A DNA stretch of 32,000 bases from Rhodobacter capsulatus SB 1003 (GCF_000021865.1 NC_014034.1:1380001-1412000); one strand, 5' to 3'; shown: positions 18,069-26,609, counted from the stretch's first letter. The notes: a model not told the origin generated them from the sequence alone. Numbers and translations are program-made.

Positions 18069-18244
18069 CGGTGCATCGGCCCGATAAACCCCGATTTTCG
18101 GCCCCTGAGGGGAAAGATTCTTGGCACAATTCCGCGCCCGGGGTCGAATCGGGCGATGATCGGAACGGTGGTGGAGGTGGGCGCGGACCGGCTGAACGCC
18201 TGGTTCGGGACCGCTGCCGCGGGTCGCTGATACCGCGCCCAGCT

Positions 18245-18520
18245 CTCATACGGGGCGATGGCGATGATGCTCCTGCGGACCTGACGGGATGCCGGACCGC
18301 CTGCGGCGCTCAGAATGTGACGGAGTTGGGGAGCGAGAACCGGCTACGGTCGGTTCGAGACCAGTGTCGCGGACTGTCGCCACGCGGATGCCGCCCCCCT
18401 CGGCCCTCATACGGGACGATGCCGGTGCTGTTCCTGCGGACCGGACGGGGTGTCGGCCTGCCTGCGGGTCGCAAAACGGAATGGAAATGAGCGCGACCGG
18501 CGTGCGCCTCGAACGCGAGG
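18245..18520. repeat. Two tandem, diverged copies of a ~161-nt unit
   Basis: CTCATACGGGGCGATGGCGATGATGCTCCTGCGGACCTGACGGGATGCCGGACCGCCTGCGG (18245) aligns with CTCATACGGGACGATGCCGGTGCTGTTCCTGCGGACCGGACGGGGTGTCGGCCTGCCTGCGG (18406). Weaker similarity continues for ~40 nt after each core. Confidence 0.7.
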
Positions 18521-18736
18521 CCCTGCGGTGGGCGCGGCGGCGGTCAAATGTGTCGGGGAGCGTGCGAAGGGCTCTGGAACCTGAAGGCACGGGCAACGCG
18601 GCGCATCGGCTTGCAGAAGGCGAGCGCGCACGGCTTTTGGCCGGCACCCCGATCCCGGGGCCCGGCTCAAAACACGATATCCGCGTGGCGCGGGGGTGGG
18701 ATCGCCGCCCCGGAGGCGGCGATCAGGGGCGCGAGG

Positions 18737-20478
18737 TCAGGCCGCCTTGCCTTGCGACGGGGCCTCGTTGGCGGCCTTGAAATGCCAGGGCATCAGCTGG
18801 CTGTAATCGGTCAGCTCACGCCCCTTTTCGATCTGATCGATGACCCAGCTCAGATAGCGGAAGGGGTCGACGCCGTTCAGCCGCGCGGTCTCGATCAAGG
18901 AATAGAAGATGGCCCAGTTCTTCGCAGCCATGAGGTTGCCGGCAAAGAGCGAGTTCTTTTTCGAAAGGGCAATCCCGCGCATGCAGCGTTCGACGGGGTT
19001 GTTGTCTATCGCGAGCCGGCCGTCATAAACGTAACGGGTCAGGTCCTCCCAGCCGCTCAGGAAGTAATTGACGGCAGTCTTCAGGCTGCCCTTGGCCAGA
19101 TCGGGTTGGACCCGCAGCAGGTCCGCACGGATCTTTTCGAGGACCGGCAGCGCCTCGGCGAGGCGCAGCGCCTGGCGCTCCTCGGGCGGGCAGCCATAGA
19201 CCCGTTCCTCGACCTCATAGACGGCCTTGAGCCCCTTGATCACGCGCTTCGCAAGGGTGCTCGGCGCAGCCTTTTGGCTGTCGGTGAACTTGCGGCGCGC
19301 ATGCGCCATGCAGCGCGCGATCTCCACCCCGTCGTTCTGCCCCGGCACCCGGCGGATCCGGTTGTAGGCCTTCCAGCCGTCGATCTGGAGGGTGTCGATC
19401 AGCGCGCCCTCGAGCATGCGCTCCGCGACATGCCCGCCACGCGAGGCGTCGTGCTCGCAATAAACCGCCGGTTCGGCCTCTTTGTTCCAGCCACGTTCAT
19501 CGCGGCACAGCCCCCAGAGCCAGGTCGTCTCGCAGCCCCCTTTGGCCTGGGTGCGCAACGGCGTCTCGTCCATGTGCGCCGCATGCCCGCTGGTCACGTG
19601 CCGCCAGAGTTCGTCGCACACCGGCTCCAGAAAGCCCGCGATGTGGGTCGCGTTGCGGCCAAGCGTCTGGCGCGCCACGTTGAACCCGGCGTTGTCCAGG
19701 CGACGCCGCTGGCGGTAATGCGTCGAGTGTTCGTAAAATTTCTGGCAGACCGCCTCCACCACGGTCCTCGGCGTGATCGTGCGCCTCCGGCCGATGAAGC
19801 CCTCGGCATGTGCGGACACGGGCTTGTGCTCCTTGCAGGCGGCGCTGCGGTTGCAGGCGCAGCGGAAGTAGATGTGCTTTTCCCACACGTAATGCTCCGG
19901 GATGACCCTGAGCTGAGTATCCAGTGGCCGATCTCCTTCAGCTCGCCCCCGCAGGGGCAGTGCGTCTGCTCCGGATAATGCTTGATCTCGATGGTCTTGA
20001 TGTCCTTGGGCATTTTCCGCTTCTGCTTGCCCTTGCGCGCTTTCGGCGTCTCTTCCTCCTCGTCGATGTCGTCGTCGGGCAGATCGAGGGTGCCGTCCTC
20101 GATGTCCTGGTAATTGTTGTCCGATCCGCCGACGAAGATCTTGTGGCGCAGGAGCTTCGCCTGCTCCTTCTCCTGGCGCAGGCTCCGCTTGAGGGTGGCG
20201 ATCTGACGCCGGGCGATGCTCTCGCGGGACACCACATCTTCGAATTCCAGATGTACGTCGATCAGGCACTCCTCGATGCCCTGCTTGATCTCGGCGCAGT
20301 CGCCGGGCAGCGCGGCCAGCAAATCGGTGATTTCCGTGATGATCTCCCCCATCGGGCTGAGCTCGCCCTCGACCGTTTCCTCGGTCTGGACGGTCTCTTG
20401 CGTCCCCAAGGGGGCGGTGTCCTCGGGCGGCAGGATCTCGTCCTTCAGGGGTTCGTCAGTCTGGTCTTTGTCAGCCAT
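18737..20478 (-). pseudogene. IS66-family transposase (TnpC-like) split by a frameshift near 19921-19945
   Basis: The N-terminal part (from ATG 20478, with GAGGA RBS) has an acidic/coiled-coil region and a zinc-finger start: HCPCGGELKEIG. The rest continues in another frame: DRPLDTQLRVIPEHYVWEKHIYFRCAC...HMDETPL...LQIDGWKAYN...CMAHARRKF...IDNNPVERCMRGIALSKKNSLFAG...ARLNGVDPFRYL...LMPW, which are the hallmark IS66 TnpC blocks. There is no slippery heptamer at the junction. Confidence 0.85.
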
Positions 20479-20692
20479 TTCCGGTGTCCTCATGCTTCGG
20501 GGCAGAGCCGCCCGGGTCGGGCGGTCCGTGGGAGGCGGACCCGATCGACAGGCATGAGAAGGCAAGCCCCCGGACGTGCGAAAAAACGCGCCCGAAGCGA
20601 TGCTTCTCTTGCTGTCACAGGGTCCGGTTCGAGGGGGGCTGAAGCCGGGCGTTTCCTTGCGGCGAGCCGCAGGAAATGCTATGAACCAGTCG

Positions 20693-20920
20693 TCAATGCT
20701 GGTGGGCTTCGGCCTTCCACATCACGTCCACGTCGGGATGCGCCAACATCCCGGCGTTTTCGTTTTCAGGGGTCAGGTGCAGGTCATTGCGATCTCCGGG
20801 GATGGCGCGAGGGACGATCAGAGTCATAGCGCGGAAGCGCCAAAAACGGAAGAAATCGTTCATAAACAGGAACTTGATGCCTTTTTCGTCTTTTTCTTCG
20901 TTTTTCGCTTCGCCGTTCAT
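20693..20920 (-). CDS. Hypothetical 75-aa protein inside the IS66-like element, upstream of the transposase
   Basis: ATG at 20920 is preceded by GAGGTG at a 6-nt spacing. The 5' third is locally A-rich and encodes a Lys/Glu-rich stretch (NGEAKNEEKDEKGIK). The product does not resemble IS66 TnpA or TnpB as I remember them. Coding status is unproven. Confidence 0.3.
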   Translation of the reverse strand: MNGEAKNEEKDEKGIKFLFMNDFFRFWRFRAMTLIVPRAIPGDRNDLHLTPENENAGMLAHPDVDVMWKAEAHQH

Positions 20921-21401
20921 TTTCGCCACCTCAGGTCTTGTGTCCGACTGATCCCGCTCTACGACCGGCAGCCCCCGAATGCGGGCTGCGCGGCGTCTGA
21001 ACCGGGTCGGAGGGGGTGCTGAAACCTTGCGAATTCCGGGAGCCGCTTGGGACGGTCCTCACAAAGTTTCGGCGCTCGGGCGGCAAGAGAGCCTCTCGAG
21101 GACCGTTTCAAGCCGCGCGACGTCCGATTTTACGGGCGTGATTCGGGGCGAGAAGTCGGTCAGGAGAGCATCGATGCGAGACACGAAACCCCACGTCCGA
21201 TCCGGAAGGATCAGCGTATGAGCCGGGAGGCGGCGGGGGTGATATGCGTGTTCTGGGTCATCATGGCGATGAGATAAGGGCAGAAATGTCGCCCGAACAA
21301 TGGGGTCGACGGGGCGGATCTGTCGATTTTTCCGGTCTGTGCAAATCCGCAACAGTCTGAATTTATTGACTTGCAGGTGCCAGATGGGGGCTTGCCAAAA
21401 G

Positions 21402-21438
21402 TCCCTTCCTACTTACTTCTACTCGATTAAAGGAAGGG
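21402..21438 (-). other. Hairpin with an 8-bp stem (CCCTTCCT / AGGAAGGG) and a 21-nt loop, followed by TTTT on the minus strand
   Basis: It can be read directly in GTCCCTTCCTACTTACTTCTACTCGATTAAAGGAAGGGCC. On the minus strand it is followed by ACTTTTGG, so it may be a terminator or binding site just inside the IS66-like end. Confidence 0.25.
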
Positions 21439-21714
21439 CCGACCGACCGGCGACGGATCGACAAGTGCCACCCATCTTCCCCTAAAAATGCGCTCCGGAA
21501 AAATCGGCATCATTGGCCATTTCGGTCTTGACGTTATTTCATTGGCGATTCGTGAAGGTGTCTTTCGGCGCCTTTTGGCCTTCGAGGCGCAGGCTGCTTG
21601 ATCGCGGCCGAAATCTCGCCCCGGCGCGCTGGTTTTTCGGCAGGATTTGATTCGCGTCAGGCCCCGGCCGTGCGCATCCTGAGCCGAGGTCTGACATCAC
21701 GCGGGGAACGAAAA

Positions 21715-22236
21715 ATGTGCGGGCGGTTCGTCGATCCCAATCTGCGCAACACCGAAGTGGACATGTCGCAGATCAAGCTCGATCCGTTCGGGGCCCGGTT
21801 CAATGTCAAGCCGACTGAAACAGTGGTGATCCTCGCAAAATCGCCGCTGATCGCGATGGAGGCCAGATGGGGCCTCATCCCGTCATGGTTCGGGGGCGAC
21901 AGCCCGAAGCGTGGAAAGCCGCGACGTTCAACGCCCGCATCGAGGATGCGCGCGAAAAGCCCGCCTTTCGGCAGGTGTGGCGGCATGGCCGATGCCTTGT
22001 GCCGGTCGGCGATTTTTACGAGTGGAGCGGTCCCAAGGCCGCCAGCCGCATTTCTTCTCCCCCGCCGGAAACGAGGCGAACCTGTATCTGGCGGGACTGG
22101 CGAGCCGCTGGCGCGATCTTCTGACCTGCACCATCCTGACATCCGATCCGTCCAAAGTCGATGCGTGCGCTTCACACATTGGAAGGTTCTCCGCGAAGCC
22201 CCACCATGCGGCGGCACATCCCGACCGCGAAGATGA
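21715..22236 (+). pseudogene. SRAP (SOS-response-associated peptidase, YedK/DUF159-like) gene with at least two frameshifts and a degenerate 3' end
   Basis: It starts with the invariant MCGRF. Frame 1 reads ..FNVKPTETVVIL..ARWGLIPSWF. Frame 2 reads WKAATFNARIEDAREKPAFRQVWRHGRCLVPVGDFYEWSGPK. Frame 3 reads QPHFFSPAGNEANLYLAGLASRW..LLTCTILTSDP. Together these reconstitute the SRAP fold order. The expected H.RMP block is not recognisable beyond ~22150. Confidence 0.8.
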
Positions 22237-22317
22237 CACTGCTCCCGGCAAAAGATGTCACCCACCAAGCAGAAAGGTCTTGCAGTATGACATGCGATTA
22301 GATGACAGCCTCGGCCG

Positions 22318-22917
22318 CTACCTGCCGGCCAGAATGTCCTTAGCGATAGCCATGAACTTTTCGGCTCGCTTACGCAAGTAATCGGCTTCGATTTGGTCGA
22401 TTCGTGTTGAAGTTACCAACGTCCCTGGCTGAATATTGAGGATGCCTACTCCAGCTGAATCTGGCTTTGCCAAGCGCAGCACAGTCAGCAATCCTCGTTC
22501 TTTCTCCCGAGGAAGTTGTTCCTTTCCGAAATGTAAGAAGATAATTCTTCTCTGGTTGTTTTCTTCTGTGCGCAAATACCAAGCTGTTGTGATGCGCAGT
22601 CCAGAAATCTCTGCTTCAACCGGACTGCGGCCCTGCCAAATAAGTGCATAGTCCTCCTTCAAATCTAGATAATTTTTACACAAGATTTTGTAACCAGCAG
22701 ATTTATTTGCAGAAACACCAGAATGAAGTGTCAGAAATTCACTGGTGGAAACCTTCCCATCCTCAAAAGAAGCTAATGCTTCTCGAAACTGTTTGTAGCG
22801 ATCCTTGGCAGGGTCATATGGTACATCTAGGTCGTCGATTATGCTTGCGGCTTTGGTCTTATCTTTTCTCTTATCGCCGTAGGCAAAGTCGATAAATTGA
22901 TTGACGCTAATCTTCAT
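22318..22917 (-). CDS. Hypothetical protein (199 aa) with no family recognised; second gene of the orphan cassette
   Basis: It is a clean ORF in a locally low-GC stretch. ATG at 22917 is preceded by AGGAAAG. The amino-acid composition is ordinary (K/E/D/L-rich), unlike the Arg/Pro/Ala shadow ORFs elsewhere. No competing ORF is present. Confidence 0.6.
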   Translation of the reverse strand: MKISVNQFIDFAYGDKRKDKTKAASIIDDLDVPYDPAKDRYKQFREALASFEDGKVSTSEFLTLHSGVSANKSAGYKILCKNYLDLKEDYALIWQGRSPVEAEISGLRITTAWYLRTEENNQRRIIFLHFGKEQLPREKERGLLTVLRLAKPDSAGVGILNIQPGTLVTSTRIDQIEADYLRKRAEKFMAIAKDILAGR

Positions 22918-22968
22918 TTATCTTTCCTATTTGGCTCTATCGGAAACCTTATGTTCCGGGCGTGGCCG

Positions 22969-22998
22969 TATAAAGCGCTATTTGGCCTAGGTTGTCTA
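22969..22998 (-). promoter_or_regulatory. Candidate sigma70-type promoter for the 199-aa gene
   Basis: On the minus strand, TAGACA (22998-22993), an 18-nt spacer, then TTTATA (22974-22969), about 50 nt upstream of the ATG at 22917. This is a pattern match only. Confidence 0.3.
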
Positions 22999-23064
22999 CA
23001 AGCATAGGCAGGCTCGTCCGCATCGTTTGTGCGACGACGGGGTTTAGTGGCCCTACTCGCCGTT

Positions 23065-23943
23065 CTAGCCCGCCGAGGCTTCATCAGGGAATGGACGTGT
23101 GAAGGCTCCCAAATGCTTCAGCACGTCCTTGGCGTTGCTCGCCACGATCCGAAGCTCCCGATCCTTGGTCAAGACCTCATTGAAGTAGGTCGAGGTCGCG
23201 GCGAGCTGGTTATCAACGACGTCATTCAACCGGTGGTCCAAACTCTTCACCTGCCGACCGAGCTCTACCCACCTTGTGAACGCAATTACCACGCAGAGCG
23301 CATAGCGATAGGCGAACATTCCGTGCGCTTCGCTCCGCTTCAGTGGCGCGGTGCGTCCGGGCTCTTGGTTGGTTTTCACGAACTCAACTGTCACCTCGTC
23401 CACAAGGTTGAATATCTTCTCCTGAAGGGTGCTGGTTATTCCTTGGCCAGTTCGGATTTGCGTCAGTTCTTCGACGCGAAACTCCTTAAGCAGGCTCTGA
23501 AGCGAAATTTCCAGCGTTCGCACCTGGTCGCTCAGCTGCCGCATGTATTGCGAAGCCTCGCCCTCTCGCGCTTTCATTCGTTCGACGAAGCTGGGGATCG
23601 CTTCCTCTGATCTATAGTCGCGGGTGAGTTGGCGAATGTCAGCGCTGCGGTCCGGGTCGATAAGTTGCTGCAGGTCGGCCTCGCTGCACACTTTGGCATC
23701 AAGCCAGAGATGAGTCGGCTTCAATGCGAAGATCTGATCTGGGAAGTCAGCCATGATCTTCAGGCTGCTACGCGCTGTCCCGAGCGCGTTCTTCTTGAAC
23801 ATCTCTGTTAGGGTCAGGTCGGCGAGGACCAAGCGGTGGTGGGTGTGTGCGGACAGGTATACCCGCAGTCGCTCATCCCTCAAATAGTTGCCATCGGCCA
23901 TCACCAAGAGATGCGGAATCACGATGCGATGCCTACCCTTCAC
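23065..23943 (-). CDS. Hypothetical protein (292 aa), possibly a PIN-like nuclease interrupted by a long helical insertion
   Basis: The ORF has ordinary composition, with a GTG start at 23943 and GGAGGG 12 nt upstream. The residue pattern is HLLVMADGNYL (first Asp), LVLADLTLTEMF (Glu), and C-terminal NDVVDNQLAATSTYFNEVLTKDREL (resembling the D..A.tA....lvT.D end of PIN domains). About 140 aa of heptad-like helical sequence lies in between. The domain call is an inference. Confidence 0.55.
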   Translation of the reverse strand: MKGRHRIVIPHLLVMADGNYLRDERLRVYLSAHTHHRLVLADLTLTEMFKKNALGTARSSLKIMADFPDQIFALKPTHLWLDAKVCSEADLQQLIDPDRSADIRQLTRDYRSEEAIPSFVERMKAREGEASQYMRQLSDQVRTLEISLQSLLKEFRVEELTQIRTGQGITSTLQEKIFNLVDEVTVEFVKTNQEPGRTAPLKRSEAHGMFAYRYALCVVIAFTRWVELGRQVKSLDHRLNDVVDNQLAATSTYFNEVLTKDRELRIVASNAKDVLKHLGAFTRPFPDEASAG

Positions 23944-24309
23944 AATTCATCAGGCCCTCCCCCACCATCTATGGTGTATTGAGAGGGACTGTTAGACGGC
24001 ATGCGTTCATTTTGTGACGGTTTCATCCGCGAATTGGACAGCCGACATCCCCAAGATTGCTGCGAGGCGCGCGAGCGTCCCCTTTCGGTAGTGCTGCGAG
24101 GCAGCAAATCGGAAAGGCGTGGGGCCGATATGGGCCGAGCACGTTGGTCATCCGTCGCCTTCGCAAGGGGCGGAGAGCGGTCGTTCGCTGCTCGCCCATT
24201 CAATGTCTGGTTTGGACGCCAACTCATCGGCTTTCTCATGAAGCAGCTCGATTGCTTTGCGGACGAGCAGTTGCTGGAACTGGGTGTGGCGATTTGCTAG
24301 GCTGCAACC

Positions 24310-25497
24310 ATGGCGACGCAAACAATCATCACTGACCCGCAACGCATGACCGAAGAGGGGACCTCGTTCGGTACGCCCAGTGGCATCGAAAGGGAGCTGC
24401 CTAGTGAGCTCGGCAACGACCTGCAGATCGCCGAGCCGTTCAATCCGGACGATATCGACGTCACGACGCGCTCGATGACCATTGATCTCCTCCTATCGAG
24501 GATGCGCAGCAAGGCGATCGATCTCGAGCCAGATTTCCAGCGCCGCCGCGGGATCTGGACTGATCGCCAGCAGAGCCGGTTGATCGAGTCGCTGCTCCTC
24601 CGCATTCCGCTGCCCACGCTCTATGCCGCCGAGGACGAAGAAGAGAATTGGGCGATTGTCGATGGCATCCAGCGCTTGACGACGATTACGCGGTTCATTG
24701 ATCCAGAAGCGATCGGCGAGACCCCACTCATGCTAACCGGGCTGGAGTATCTCGGCGAGTCCTTCAACGAAAAGCTGTTCGACGACCTTCCCGCACGACT
24801 GAAGCGCCGTCTGCGCGAGACTGAACTCGTCGTTCACGTCATCCGTCACGGCACCCCGCAGGAAGTAAAGTTCAACATCTTCGCGCGGATCAACACTGGA
24901 GGAATGCCACTCTCGGCGCAGGAACTGCGTCATGCCCTGATACCCGGCAAGGCGAGGAATTATCTCAGCCGGCTGGCTGGGCTAGAGGCATTCAAGCAGG
25001 CTACCGCCAATAGCATTCGCGACGAGCGAATGGCTGATCGAGAGATGGTCTTGCGGTTTCTCGCCTTCAGCATGACCGACCCCAAAGAATTCCGAGCCTA
25101 TGATTTTGACCGCTTCCTCGGCGACGCGATGCGCGAGATCAATCGTCTCAACAATAGAGATCTGGAGCGGCTTGAGGACGGCTTCACTCGGGCGATGGAA
25201 AGCGCGCTGGAAATCTTCGGTCAGGATGCTTTTCGCAAACGCTATCGCGAGACCGATGCGCGCTTCCCGATCAACAAAGCGCTGTTCGAGACCATTGCCG
25301 TGTCGCTCTCCAACCTCTCGGACAGCGAGCGAGCGCGCTGCATCCTTCGCCACGACGAGGTCCGCCGCCGGATGATGGAGGCGATGCACGACCGCGAATT
25401 CGATGCCGCCATCTCGCAGGGTACGGGTGATATCAGGAAGGTGCGCAAGAGGTTCGAGACGGTATTAAAGATCTTCAAGGATATCTCCGATGTTTGA
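24310..25497 (+). CDS. DUF262 (ParB/GmrSD N-terminal-like) domain protein, 395 aa, without a DUF1524/HNH nuclease domain
   Basis: IDLEPDFQRRRGIWTDRQQSRLIESLLLRIPLPTLYAAEDEEENWAIVDGIQRLTTITRFI matches the DUF262 signature (FQR..vW....LIdSil.g.P.P...........viDGqQRLtt). The stop overlaps the next start by 8 nt (ATGTTTGA). Confidence 0.8.
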   Translation: MATQTIITDPQRMTEEGTSFGTPSGIERELPSELGNDLQIAEPFNPDDIDVTTRSMTIDLLLSRMRSKAIDLEPDFQRRRGIWTDRQQSRLIESLLLRIPLPTLYAAEDEEENWAIVDGIQRLTTITRFIDPEAIGETPLMLTGLEYLGESFNEKLFDDLPARLKRRLRETELVVHVIRHGTPQEVKFNIFARINTGGMPLSAQELRHALIPGKARNYLSRLAGLEAFKQATANSIRDERMADREMVLRFLAFSMTDPKEFRAYDFDRFLGDAMREINRLNNRDLERLEDGFTRAMESALEIFGQDAFRKRYRETDARFPINKALFETIAVSLSNLSDSERARCILRHDEVRRRMMEAMHDREFDAAISQGTGDIRKVRKRFETVLKIFKDISDV

Positions 25498-26608
25498 TGC
25501 GCTCACTTTGCATAATTTTAAGGCGTTCCGGGATGTCCATATCCCTCTGAAACCGCTTACCTTGCTGTCTGGTTTAAACGGGTCAGGGAAGAGCACCACG
25601 TTGCAAGCATTGGCCTTGCTCCGCCAGTCATGGGATGCTGGCTTCCTGTCGAGGCAGGGCTTTCTCTTGAATGGAGATCTGGTCGAGCTCGGTACCGGCG
25701 TGGATGTGCTCAACGATCAGCATGAGGACGAAGACATCGGCATCACGCTCTTTGATCGCGAAGAGCGGGCCTTTGCATATCGGGTCGCCTATGAGCCGCG
25801 GGGCGATTTGCTGCATTTTTCTGCCGACCCCAATTTCAGCTTTTACTCGGATCTAGAGCATCAACGCGGCCTGTTCGGCCATTGGTTTCAGTATCTGCGC
25901 GCCGATCGTGCCGGGCCCGAGGTGAGCTTCCCCAAGGCCTATCACCTCGTCAACGAGCGCCGATTTCTTGGCAGCCGCGGTCAGTATACTGCTCATTTCC
26001 TGAGCCTATTCGGCGACGAAGAGGTCAATCCGGTACTTCGACATCCCGACGAGGCAGCTCCAGGCTTGCTCTCGCAGGTCAACGCCTGGTTTCAGGAGTT
26101 CAGCCCCGGTGTCGGGCTCGCTGTCGAGGACATCCCTCGGACGGATGCCGTGCGCCTAGATTATTTCTATGGCGGGAGTGCCGGAATCAGTGGGTCCAAT
26201 CCCTATCGCTCGACCAATGTCGGCTTCGGGCTGACGTACGTCCTCCCCATCCTCGTTGCCTGCCTGGCATCACCGCCTGACAGCTGGCTCCTGATCGAGA
26301 ACCCCGAAGCGCATCTCCATCCACAAGGCCAGGCGGCGATGGGGCAATTGATGGCGCGATCCGCCGCGACTGGTACACGGATCGTTGTCGAAAGTCATAG
26401 CGATCATTTCCTTAACGGCATCCGCCTCGCGGTGAAGAACGGCGAAATTCCCGCTGGGGACGTTGGTCTCAATTTCTTCCGCCGGCCGTCCGGAAGCAGC
26501 CAACCCGAGCGCATCCATCCGGTCGTCACCCCGGAGGGTAGGCTCTCAGAATGGCCCGATGGCTTCTTCGATCAGTGGGATAAGTCGCTGGATCAGCTGC
26601 TGAGTTGA
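25490..26608 (+). CDS. ABC-type AAA_15/AAA_21 ATPase with a DUF3696-like C-terminus (372 aa)
   Basis: Walker A is LSGLNGSGKSTT. Walker B/D-loop is WLLIENPEAHLHPQGQ. The H-loop is IVVESHSDHFLNG. The C-terminal stretch GRLSEWPDGFFDQW is as I remember for DUF3696. The next gene starts 2 nt after the stop. Confidence 0.8.
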   Translation: MFDALTLHNFKAFRDVHIPLKPLTLLSGLNGSGKSTTLQALALLRQSWDAGFLSRQGFLLNGDLVELGTGVDVLNDQHEDEDIGITLFDREERAFAYRVAYEPRGDLLHFSADPNFSFYSDLEHQRGLFGHWFQYLRADRAGPEVSFPKAYHLVNERRFLGSRGQYTAHFLSLFGDEEVNPVLRHPDEAAPGLLSQVNAWFQEFSPGVGLAVEDIPRTDAVRLDYFYGGSAGISGSNPYRSTNVGFGLTYVLPILVACLASPPDSWLLIENPEAHLHPQGQAAMGQLMARSAATGTRIVVESHSDHFLNGIRLAVKNGEIPAGDVGLNFFRRPSGSSQPERIHPVVTPEGRLSEWPDGFFDQWDKSLDQLLS

Positions 26609-26609
26609 G

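Larger units (their letters stand above)
18064..21532 (-). mobile_element. IS66-family-like element (~3.5 kb) with imperfect terminal inverted repeats
   Basis: It carries an IS66-type transposase. The end at 18064 reads GTAAGCGGTGCATCGGCCCGATAAACCCCGATTTTCGGCCCCTGAGGGGAAAGAT. The reverse complement of 21471-21532 reads GTCAAGACCGAAATGGCCAATGATGCCGATTTTTCCGGAGCGCATTTTTAGGGGAAGAT. Both share ordered blocks GT.AAG, GGCC, CCGATTTT, CGG and AGGGGAA.GAT. IS66-family IRs classically begin GTAA. No 8-bp target duplication was seen, so the boundaries are tentative. Confidence 0.5.

Noticed and set aside
15417-18230. ORFs running through the CRISPR array on both strands, for example 16119..17696 (525 aa) with reiterated SPRGGVDRN / APPAGAWIET / LPPRGRGSK peptides.
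   Set aside because: The periodic peptides are simply the three-frame translations of the 32-nt repeat. Open frames arise because the GC-rich repeat and spacers lack stop codons.
18222-18253. GTCGCTGATACCGCGCCCAGCTCTCATACGGG looked like an extra degenerate CRISPR repeat beyond the array.
   Set aside because: Only about 12 of 32 positions match, mostly the first six. The spacing from the last repeat (153 nt) does not fit the array period. It lies inside the putative IS66-like element.
19921-19945. Programmed -1 ribosomal frameshifting to join the two halves of the IS66 transposase.
   Set aside because: There is no slippery heptamer or A/T run at the junction (GGCGAGCTGAAGGAGATCGGCCACTGG). 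IS66 TnpC is normally a single ORF. A frameshift mutation or sequencing error is the simpler explanation.
21449-21465. GGCGACGGATCGACAAG resembles the repeat 3' end GGCGTGGATCGAAAC. I considered it a displaced remainder of the IS-interrupted repeat.
   Set aside because: It needs an indel plus mismatches and lies inside, not outside, the inferred IS end. No spacer-repeat periodicity follows it. It is most likely chance in GC-rich DNA.
21533-21714. I looked for an alphaproteobacterial LexA box (GTTC-N7-GTTC / GAAC-N7-GAAC) upstream of the SRAP gene, since SRAP genes are often SOS-regulated.
   Set aside because: No such direct repeat is visible in the 180 nt upstream. Only a TTGACG hexamer without a convincing -10 was seen.
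23944-24342. Small ORFs in the divergent intergenic region: 24001..24300(+), 23940..24239(-) and 24148..24342(-). The last encodes a helical-looking ..HTQFQQLLVRKAIELLHEKADELASKPDIEW.
   Set aside because: They overlap each other and the DUF262 gene start, and they lack RBS signals. Two are Arg/Ser/Pro-rich. The helical fragment could be a gene remnant or a small regulator, but nothing supports calling it.
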